Positions 17,503 through 25,103 of a stretch of DNA of 64,000 nt are shown here, piece after piece; position 1 is the first letter of the stretch; every line of letters starts with the position of its first letter. The DNA is from Candidatus Undinarchaeota archaeon (GTDB lineage Archaea; SpSt-1190; JASMDC01), in contig CAZFHY010000001.1 of assembly GCA_964519305.1 (NCBI GenBank), positions 32,001 to 96,000 of the forward strand, written 5' to 3'. The notes below the pieces were generated by a model that worked only from the letters and a program-made list of their open reading frames with translations, had not been told where the DNA came from and did not search any database. The position numbers were made by a program, and so were the translations under genes.

Positions 17503-17632
17503 CACGGTCTCAGTATACCGATTCGGTCATCGGGGGCCAGCACCCCCGTGCCATCGTAACAGGTTCATCATCGTCCGGGGGCCCTCCACAGGGATGGTCC
17601 CCGGCGGTGATATTGATTTGTGACGACCGTGA
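17503..17632. ncRNA. Candidate structured non-coding RNA
   Basis: BRE/TATA gaaagacTTATAg at 17479-17491 with no ORF downstream; nested stems; box C (AUGAUGA) and box D (CUGA) on the minus strand. Confidence 0.35.
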
Positions 17633-17652
17633 GCAGTACTTGGAAAGGCCTT

Positions 17653-18078
17653 TTACTCGTTTCCTGATGCCTTTCCGACCGCTTCCCGTGCGAACCTGGC
17701 AGCGTCCTCGAGGTCGCTCTCGTTCGGCCGACCCCAATTCACGATGAACAGGAACCGTCCCCTGCACAGGAATCCGTCCAGATATTTACCGCCTGCTTTC
17801 TCCACGGCCTGCTTCACGTCGTCAAATGTGTACGGGCTGCCAGCGTTCGTGGCGAAAGGGGCGATAATCTTACCGGACAGTTCGCTCTTGTTGAGCAGCT
17901 CCTTAATGCTGTCATGGGCCGAACCAGCATACACGCCGGACCCGAGGAACACCAGGTCCCCGTCCAGTGAGCTCACGTCCTGTGCGAGCAAAGCCTTCGT
18001 TCCGACCTCACTTGCGATTCGCTCGGCGACCTTCTTCGTGTTGGACCCTCGCGAATAGTAGACGACCTGTACATCCAT
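17653..18078 (-). CDS. Flavodoxin family protein
   Basis: VVYYSRGSNTKKVAERIA, LVFLGSGVYAG, GRPNESDLEDAARFA. Confidence 0.85.
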   Translation of the reverse strand: MDVQVVYYSRGSNTKKVAERIASEVGTKALLAQDVSSLDGDLVFLGSGVYAGSAHDSIKELLNKSELSGKIIAPFATNAGSPYTFDDVKQAVEKAGGKYLDGFLCRGRFLFIVNWGRPNESDLEDAARFAREAVGKASGNE

Positions 18079-18131
18079 AGGTCACGTGAGGGGATGAAGT
18101 CATAAAAAGACCACTATGCTCGCCCGGCATC

Positions 18132-18860
18132 TCACCAGCCGTGCAGCACGTCATAGAGAAGATCGGGCCTGTCCGTGATGATACCGTCGACGCCGATATC
18201 CACCAATCGCTGCATGTCGGGCTCCTCGTTCACGGTATAGGAATATACCTTCAGACCTGCCTCGTGCGCAGCGTTGACGAAGGAATCGTTCAGGGACTCG
18301 TACCCGGGATTGATGGCGTCGGCGCCGGCAAGGAGCGCGGAGTAGATACTGAGCGGATTCGCGCCATGTACTAGAAGGCCGGTCCTGATGGAGGGATCGG
18401 CCTGTTTGGCCTCCCACACCTCCAGGTAGTTGAAGGAGGAGATGAGCGTGCTGGACCCGAGCCCGTACCGGTTCACGGTCTCCACGACCTCACGTGCAAG
18501 ACCGGAGTCCTTAATCTCGACGTTAACAATACCATTGCGTTCGACAGCCAGCTCGAGCGCTTCCTCAAGGGTAGGCACGTACTCCCCGTCGCCCACGTCC
18601 ATCCTCTGGAGCTCCTCGAGAGTGTAGTCGGACACCTTCCCGGTGTAGACGCCACCGGTCACGCGATCGAGGTCGTCATCGTGGATCACCACGATAATGC
18701 CGTCACGCGAGCGTCGGACATCTAGCTCTATGCCGTCCGCGCCCTCGTCGTACGCACGGGCGAATCCCCGCATGGTGTTCTCGGGTTCGAGATCACGCGC
18801 TCCTCGATGGCCGATGTTGAGGAGATCGTCCCAATCCCCGAGAGCGCCCCTGTCGCTCAT
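18132..18860 (-). CDS. Glycerophosphodiester phosphodiesterase
   Basis: IGHRGA..EPENT, GIELDV, VIHD, NVEIK, ISSF, YTVN, GVDGIITDRP; start uncertain (18860 or 18920). Confidence 0.9.
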   Translation of the reverse strand: MSDRGALGDWDDLLNIGHRGARDLEPENTMRGFARAYDEGADGIELDVRRSRDGIIVVIHDDDLDRVTGGVYTGKVSDYTLEELQRMDVGDGEYVPTLEEALELAVERNGIVNVEIKDSGLAREVVETVNRYGLGSSTLISSFNYLEVWEAKQADPSIRTGLLVHGANPLSIYSALLAGADAINPGYESLNDSFVNAAHEAGLKVYSYTVNEEPDMQRLVDIGVDGIITDRPDLLYDVLHGW

Positions 18861-18940
18861 GAACGTGATGGTAACAATTGTCTTATTTGAAGCTTTCGCC
18901 GCTGCGTAGCGGATTGGCATAACTGGGGCGCCAACTATGA

Positions 18941-19017
18941 ATGTTGAATTTCATCAGTAGATTACGGGGTCACCCCCGATATTGACCGGCTAATCTACTG
19001 ATATTACCCTTCAACAT
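18941..19017. repeat. Long imperfect AT-rich inverted repeat
   Basis: atgttgaa/ttcaacat, atcagtagatta/taatctactgat and ggtca/tgacc are nested. Confidence 0.75.
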
Positions 19018-19068
19018 CTTCGCACACCCTACGTTGGATTTTTAAGCTTCCTTTCCTCCCCCGGGACC

Positions 19069-19398
19069 ATGGCAGAAGTGGAGCTTGAGCTCGAGCTCGA
19101 TGACACCGAGTACGACTTCGGCGAGGAGATCGACGTATCCTTCACCGTGGAGACCGATGAGGACCTCTCAGTGCGCGGCGTCCGTGTTGAGCTATTGAAC
19201 AACGGCAGCGTCGTTCAGACCATGAAAGAGGAGTTCCCCTCCATCCCTCGAGGCGAGAACGAGTACGAGTTCACCATACCCGTACCCAGGGGTAGACCGA
19301 CCGAGGATGGTGGGCGTTGGACCGTTCGCGGTATCGTGGACATACCTCTTTGGCCCGATAAGTCCGTGAGCAAGGACGTCGTTGTTTGCGAGCCTTAG
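19069..19398 (+). CDS. Small acidic arrestin-N/SpoOM-like beta-sandwich protein
   Basis: Y.FGEEI....V......VRGVRVEL...YEFTIPVP...WTVRGIVDIPLWPD..V resembles the arrestin N-domain pattern. Confidence 0.55.
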   Translation: MAEVELELELDDTEYDFGEEIDVSFTVETDEDLSVRGVRVELLNNGSVVQTMKEEFPSIPRGENEYEFTIPVPRGRPTEDGGRWTVRGIVDIPLWPDKSVSKDVVVCEP

Positions 19399-19715
19399 AG
19401 AACGCCCGTCCTCACCACTAAAGAGGCCGGGAAGGCCCATGTCAAGGAAAAGTATAAATTCTTATTAAGCCTTAATAATATATTGGACTATCGTGGAGCT
19501 GGCCCGCAATGGCTCCCCTTCTGGAGGGACTGGGAAGTCGGGATCGCGCCTGTCCACAGCCCATGGATGACGTAGGGACCAACGGCGACCTCTGCATTCT
19601 ATGCTGGTCGGAACGACACCTTCCCCCCTGAACGGTGACCGGCCCATGTGGTCGCCGCCCCCTTCGTCACTCGTTTGACATCGGTTTTTTAAAGGAGTGT
19701 GCAATCTCTCCTTGC

Positions 19716-20006
19716 ATGGATGATGACCTTGAGGAGCGTGTTTATGCCCTCGAGCGCGAGGTCAGGCTTCTCACCGAGCAGACCGAGACCATGCGCAGGG
19801 TCGTCGGTCGCCTCGTACCCATCCTTTCCGACAGCGTGCGACAACTTGCTGACATCCAGCATGAGCTAAAGCGCATCAAGGTAGTCCATGTGGGATCGGG
19901 CGATGAGACGCTCGAGGAGCGTGAGGCACGTTTGGCGTCCGAGCGAGATGCCGATGAGGAGGTGGACCATGATGTCCGCCACCCCCACCACATCAAGATA
20001 GGCTGA
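19716..20006 (+). CDS. Small coiled-coil protein with His-rich C-terminus
   Basis: LEERVYALEREVRLL heptads; tail HDVRHPHH; ATG about 25 nt after TTTTAAA. Confidence 0.6.
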   Translation: MDDDLEERVYALEREVRLLTEQTETMRRVVGRLVPILSDSVRQLADIQHELKRIKVVHVGSGDETLEEREARLASERDADEEVDHDVRHPHHIKIG

Positions 20007-20074
20007 CCCCGAGGGGTGTCCAGGACCGTTTCTTAAGGATTATTGTCGTTTCCCAGCAGAATATGGTATGTTTT

Positions 20075-20106
20075 TGTAATGTTGTTATCATTATATAAAC
20101 ATTACA
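20075..20106. promoter_or_regulatory. Inverted-repeat operator flanking the TATA box of the RHH gene
   Basis: TGTAATGTT-N14-AACATTACA with TTATATA in the spacer; extra ATTACAT half-site at 20112-20118. Confidence 0.65.
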
Positions 20107-20122
20107 TATCAATTACATCACC

Positions 20123-20437
20123 ATGCCAGCTGACGTCCTTATCCAGTTCAAGTTATCGCCAGGGCTCGTGTCCATGATCGACGAGGTGCTCGCCTCAGGG
20201 TTCTATGTCAACCGTACCGAGTTCCTCAGGGACGCCGTACGTACTCGACTGGAAGTGCTCCAGGAACACGGGCTTGCCAGGAAGTTACGGGCACACCGGA
20301 GGCCGGGACCCTCCGTCGTCACCGAGAACGTGCATACGGACCATGAGGACCTCTCACACCACGTTCACCACTGGAACGAACATCGCAGTGTCATGGGTGA
20401 CGTTCCGTCGACGGGGCGAGGGGAGGACACGCTCTAA
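20123..20437 (+). CDS. Ribbon-helix-helix (CopG/NikR-like) regulator with His-rich tail
   Basis: IQFKLSPGLVSMIDEVLASGFYVNRTEFLRDAVR; tail HTDHEDLSHHVHHWNEH. Confidence 0.8.
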   Translation: MPADVLIQFKLSPGLVSMIDEVLASGFYVNRTEFLRDAVRTRLEVLQEHGLARKLRAHRRPGPSVVTENVHTDHEDLSHHVHHWNEHRSVMGDVPSTGRGEDTL

Positions 20438-21609
20438 TCGGATGACGGAGAGGTATCATCGTCCGGTCGCAGCCCCTGTCGCGTCGACCATGCAGGCCAC
20501 AGCCGGCCCCACGGACCCCCGACATGGACCGTCGCCTCAGTGTGGGGGCAATACAGCTCACATTCCATGCAGAGCACGCACTCATCGCTGACCTCAAGGC
20601 CATCGCCCACACGGGATACGGCACCCCAGTCACACACAGCACGGCAGATCTTGCACCGGTCGACCCTATCGCAGCGGATGTCCAGCCGATAAAGCCCGAA
20701 CCGGCTCAAGAGGGCGGTGAGCGCGCCCATCGGGCACATCGTCGTACAGAAGCCCCGCCGCATCGTCAGCGCCAGGAGCGTCACGATGGCCGCTGCCGCC
20801 AACGCCAGCCGGGGATCGGGCGTGAGATAGAAGTAGGAGACGGGGCAGAACGAGCAGATCGCCATGTATCCGAACACGACCATCGCCCACAGTGCGACGG
20901 CCAAGACCTCGTACCTGACAGTAAGGGGACGGGGGACACCGCCCTTGGGCTGGTCGACGGCAGCGTCCACAACGTCGATCATGGTGCCTATGGGGCACAA
21001 CCATCCGCAGAACGCGCGTGAGGCAAGCAGCGAGAATCCTGCTGCGAGCACGGCGAGGGTAGCCCATGCACCGGTGAGATAGTACAGCTGCATCGAGCCG
21101 AACGGACAATCGAGCGCATTCCATGGCCCCGGGAGCCAGACCGGGGCCAGCGAACCGGTGTACGCCCACACATCGGCAGGTCCTGCCGCCAGTAAGAGGA
21201 AGATGAGGAGGACCGCCCCTTGTGACATCTGTCGCCACGTGAACCGTCGCGGTTTCCGTGGGACGACCAATGCATTGCGAGGGCAGGTGGCCGTGCACTC
21301 CTTGCACGTCTCGCACGCCCCGGTGTCAACCTCGAGCTCCCCGTCAACGGTGAGCGCGTCCTCGGGACAGGATAGGAAGCACGCTCTGCAGGCCTTCGTG
21401 CACTGTTCCTCGTCCACCGTCAGAGCGCCGTCGTCAATGGCGATGGCACCCTCGGGACAGGCCCCGATGCAGTTACCGCACTTGCTACAGCGGTCAAGGT
21501 CCACCGAGATGCGCCTGTCACGTACGGACAGCGCTCCCAGTTCGCAGCGTCCGATGCAGTCACCGCATCCGTCGCATACGTCCCTGAGGACCACCGGGAC
21601 GACCATCAC
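20434..21609 (-). CDS. NapH/MauN-like membrane polyferredoxin with extra N-terminal ferredoxin domains
   Basis: Four N-terminal CxxCxxCxxxC motifs, RAFCGWLCPIG, RGFCTTMCPMGAL, C-terminal ferredoxin, TM helices. Confidence 0.8.
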   Translation of the reverse strand: MMVVPVVLRDVCDGCGDCIGRCELGALSVRDRRISVDLDRCSKCGNCIGACPEGAIAIDDGALTVDEEQCTKACRACFLSCPEDALTVDGELEVDTGACETCKECTATCPRNALVVPRKPRRFTWRQMSQGAVLLIFLLLAAGPADVWAYTGSLAPVWLPGPWNALDCPFGSMQLYYLTGAWATLAVLAAGFSLLASRAFCGWLCPIGTMIDVVDAAVDQPKGGVPRPLTVRYEVLAVALWAMVVFGYMAICSFCPVSYFYLTPDPRLALAAAAIVTLLALTMRRGFCTTMCPMGALTALLSRFGLYRLDIRCDRVDRCKICRAVCDWGAVSRVGDGLEVSDECVLCMECELYCPHTEATVHVGGPWGRLWPAWSTRQGLRPDDDTSPSSD

Positions 21610-21638
21610 CGATGGCTTTGCCGGGAATGCTTATATCA

Positions 21639-23513
21639 CTATGGGCGGTCAGCGCAACGCCCGTTGCGGGACAGCCGGACCAGGGCCCAGCCGGGTCCGG
21701 TGGAAACCCTCTCGCCCCTTAGCGGGGGATCGAGCGTGCCCACGTCACCCGTGTCGACGAGATATACAGGACGGCCCGAGCACACGAGCGATGTGGTCGC
21801 GGAGAGGTCGATCTCGTACCGGAAGTCGGAGGCGAGCTGCTGTCGTCTGTACGCGAGTGCCGCTCGTCCGTCCCGGACCATGACCACTTGGGGAGCAAGA
21901 GGAACGATGATGACGGCGTTCCTCTCCGTTCCGCGGATCGCCATGGAGAGAGGTAGTTCTTCCGGCAGGACATCACCCAATAAATGTTCGTGACCGCGCT
22001 CCGAGATGGTGAGCTGTGTCAGGGACGCTGGCGTTCTCAGTGCGTGCGAGGCCATATCTTCGATTTCGGCAGGCAGGATCGGCGGATTCGCAAGGAGCGG
22101 GACCATTGCCTCCATCCCGTTTTCACGTTCCTGCACGAAAAAGGCCAGCCACGGCTCCTCAGAGATCTCCAGGTAGCGTGAATCCATAGGTGGTTGCCAC
22201 AATAATGAGAGAGTAGCGAAAAGCACGAGGGCGCTGGCGACCATGCCAATGATGATGAGAGCGAAGTACCGATCGCGACGCCGGGCCCAGGCGACGCCGT
22301 AGGCCGCGAGCAGCAGGAACGCAGGCATCAGAGGTTGCATGTACCTGTTCTTGATGATGCTCCAGTTCTCATTGGAGGCCAGAAGAAGGAACGTGGGAAC
22401 TATCCATAGCACCAACAGGACCGCACGCCCTCGGTCCCTTGTGCACAGGTCGGCGAGCCCGATCAGCGCGAGGGAGGCCAGGGCGGTCCCAAGGGAACGA
22501 AGGATGAACAGGGGTATGAACAGCGCGACTGGCGACGGGAAACCCGGTGTCCGGACAATACGGTCGTGGAAAGGCCAGTTCAGCAATCCCATGAACATGA
22601 AATCGCGTGTCAGGAACCGGTGAGGGAACACGTACCGGTCCCCACCTAGCTTGTACCGCATCGGATCGCACAGTTCAGGCTCCCTATAGGCCGCGGGATC
22701 ACATGACAGGATGCATCCCTGGACCGGGTGGATGAAGATGCTGCCGCATGCACGCTGGTATACCAGCATCCACGGCAGAGCGGCCAAGAGACCGCCGATG
22801 GTGAACAACGCCAGCTGGTGCCATCGATGAGGGCCGCGGCCGTAACGCCAGAGGCAGGCCGGGAGCAGGAGCACGAGCGGATTGGACATCCCCGCGGCCG
22901 CACCCAGGGCAAGGCCTGCCGCAAGGGGCTCACGCCGGCCCTGTCTACGATGGAGCACGGCTAGGAGCACCGTCGCAGCTGCAAGGACCACTATGTTCAG
23001 CAGATCGTTGATGAAGAGCATCATGCCCGTCGGGTCCATGAATTCCTGCGGCGGCTGCACCGCCGAGTACAGGACCACTGCGTTGAGGCTCCCTAGCGCC
23101 CCGATCACAATAGCGGCCACTGTCCCGGCACCTGCACCCTCTGACGCCACGAGGAGCGTCAGGAAGACTATCCCGGACGCGAGGGCGGCGACAATGTAAA
23201 TACCATGGGTCGCAGTGAGCGAACCCGCGGCAGCGAGCACGGTGGACGCGCCGATCTCACGCGAGTGATGGTCATGTCCAAGGTCCATGCGCCGTGATAA
23301 TGACGGTTGGTCCAGGCCCTTCGGGTCCAGGTCGATAAGCTGGCCGAGCATGCCTGCCGCGACATCCAGTGGTTCGGGCAATTTCTGGATGTAGGAGAGC
23401 TTCACGTCCAAGGCCGCGACGTACATGGCACCTATGACCAAGAACAGTGCCACCGCCGCCAATGTGCGGGTTGTTCCTTCCACGTCCTTGATGGATGACT
23501 CCCATGACAACAC
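21639..23513 (-). CDS. Multi-pass membrane protein, possibly GT-C type glycosyltransferase
   Basis: More than ten hydrophobic segments; LLAALPW..YQ....GS and RYMQPLMPAF resemble ArnT/PMT-like proteins. Confidence 0.5.
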   Translation of the reverse strand: MLSWESSIKDVEGTTRTLAAVALFLVIGAMYVAALDVKLSYIQKLPEPLDVAAGMLGQLIDLDPKGLDQPSLSRRMDLGHDHHSREIGASTVLAAAGSLTATHGIYIVAALASGIVFLTLLVASEGAGAGTVAAIVIGALGSLNAVVLYSAVQPPQEFMDPTGMMLFINDLLNIVVLAAATVLLAVLHRRQGRREPLAAGLALGAAAGMSNPLVLLLPACLWRYGRGPHRWHQLALFTIGGLLAALPWMLVYQRACGSIFIHPVQGCILSCDPAAYREPELCDPMRYKLGGDRYVFPHRFLTRDFMFMGLLNWPFHDRIVRTPGFPSPVALFIPLFILRSLGTALASLALIGLADLCTRDRGRAVLLVLWIVPTFLLLASNENWSIIKNRYMQPLMPAFLLLAAYGVAWARRRDRYFALIIIGMVASALVLFATLSLLWQPPMDSRYLEISEEPWLAFFVQERENGMEAMVPLLANPPILPAEIEDMASHALRTPASLTQLTISERGHEHLLGDVLPEELPLSMAIRGTERNAVIIVPLAPQVVMVRDGRAALAYRRQQLASDFRYEIDLSATTSLVCSGRPVYLVDTGDVGTLDPPLRGERVSTGPGWALVRLSRNGRCADRP

Positions 23514-23544
23514 TTATATTTCTTCCAAGACCACTCTTTTATTG

Positions 23545-24156
23545 ATGGAACAGCCCTCCAGGCGGGCGGTCCTCGCTGCGCTGCCACGCGCCGCTCTCGC
23601 CGCTTTCATTATCTCGGTAGGCCTCGCTCGGGCGGGCCGTGTGCGCCGCTCTCTAGGGCTCGCACCACCAGAGCGCATCATCCGGCCGCCCGGCGCGCTC
23701 CCCGACAAGCAGTTCAAGGCAGCGTGCGTGCGGTGCACGAAATGCGTGGACGTATGCCCCACAAAGGCCATCGAGAAGGTGGGTATGGAGGGCTGGCCCG
23801 ACGAGTACGGCACGCCCCGGCTCGTCACCAAGTGCCTCTTCTGGGACGGGTGCACACAATGCGTGGACGCCTGCCCCACTGACGCCCTCAGCAATTTCGA
23901 TCCGGACAAGGTACGCTTGGCAACGGCGGAGGTCGTCGAGTCGACCTGTATAGTCCATAAACAAGAGAAGCAGTGCTTCGTATGCCAGGAGTTCTGTCCG
24001 TTCGATGCGGTGAAGACCGTGCTCGCACCGGAGAATGATCCGCCCTTCGACAAGGTGCCCCAGATCTCGACCACCGAGTGCATGGGTTGTTTCTTCTGCC
24101 ATGAGGTGTGCCCGACGGACCCCAAGTCCATCAAGATGGGCCCGGTGATGCCATGA
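23545..24156 (+). CDS. NapG/MauM-like 4Fe-4S ferredoxin with twin-arginine-like leader
   Basis: SRRAVL leader; IRPPGAL....F...CVRCTKCVDVCP; four cluster motifs. Confidence 0.85.
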   Translation: MEQPSRRAVLAALPRAALAAFIISVGLARAGRVRRSLGLAPPERIIRPPGALPDKQFKAACVRCTKCVDVCPTKAIEKVGMEGWPDEYGTPRLVTKCLFWDGCTQCVDACPTDALSNFDPDKVRLATAEVVESTCIVHKQEKQCFVCQEFCPFDAVKTVLAPENDPPFDKVPQISTTECMGCFFCHEVCPTDPKSIKMGPVMP

Positions 24157-25103
24157 GCCGGGACGATGAGGACGATGCTCCCGAGAAGGCAGCGGACGCT
24201 CTAAAGGAGATGAACGCACGAAGGATCTCCCGTCGCGCGATGGTGCGGGCGTTCCTTCTGGGTGGACTGGGGGCCTTGGGCGCTTGGCACATGAGCCGGC
24301 CGGGCGAGCTACCGCTCGATGTCGTGCGTCGAGCGACACCGGACCTGCCGTCCTGCAAGGTAACGGCCGAAGGGGTACAGGACTGGACATCACAGGAAGA
24401 GCTCATCGCTGCGCTCAGGACGGGGCTCGATGGGATAGGTGGTGTCCGCTCCATCGTCCCGAACGGTTCCACCGTGTTCATCAAGCCCAACCTCGTCCGT
24501 CACGACAACCAGTTCGATCCCCGTGTTGTGCCGGCCCTGGTACAGCTCATCGAGGAAGCGGGGGCAGAGCGCGTGCTCGTGGGAGATAATGCGCCGGCGC
24601 CCACTCGATATACGGCCGACAGCATCGGCCTCTTGCGCCATCTGCGTCAGACCGACGCCGAGTTCGTGGAAGTGGAGCGCGGCAAGTTCTCGATGGTGGA
24701 CATCCCGAACGGTGTGGCGGTCAAGAAAGCGCCCATGTCCAACTACATGCTCGACACGGACGTGCTAGTGAACGTGGCGTTCTTCAAGAAGCACCCTCAT
24801 TACAAGGTCAATTACAGCCTGGCCCTCAAGAACCTCATGGGTCTGGTCAGGTTCCAGGACATCGTCCATCTTGTCCACCCGGTGCTCGAGGACGGGATCC
24901 CTGACCTCGTGTCGACGGTGACACCTCAGCTGAACATCGTCGATATGCTCGGGACGCCAGCAAAGACGGTGGTCATGGGCACCCACCCTGTAGCAGTGGA
25001 CCGTGTGGCCATGGACCTATATGGAGAGAAGGACATGCCACTCTATCTTCAGCGCGCGTTCGCGCGTTTCTCCGAGGTGCTCGCCGGATGCGACGGACAA
25101 TGA
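24153..25103 (+). CDS. DUF362 family protein with twin-arginine-like leader
   Basis: ISRRAMV; VFIKPNLV, LVNV..KKH, SLALKNLMG, PVAVD; ATGA overlap. Confidence 0.8.
   Translation: MSRDDEDDAPEKAADALKEMNARRISRRAMVRAFLLGGLGALGAWHMSRPGELPLDVVRRATPDLPSCKVTAEGVQDWTSQEELIAALRTGLDGIGGVRSIVPNGSTVFIKPNLVRHDNQFDPRVVPALVQLIEEAGAERVLVGDNAPAPTRYTADSIGLLRHLRQTDAEFVEVERGKFSMVDIPNGVAVKKAPMSNYMLDTDVLVNVAFFKKHPHYKVNYSLALKNLMGLVRFQDIVHLVHPVLEDGIPDLVSTVTPQLNIVDMLGTPAKTVVMGTHPVAVDRVAMDLYGEKDMPLYLQRAFARFSEVLAGCDGQ

Noticed and set aside
24088-24102. CxxCH (CFFCH) possible heme c site
   Set aside because: It is embedded in a CxxCxxCxxxCP ferredoxin motif.
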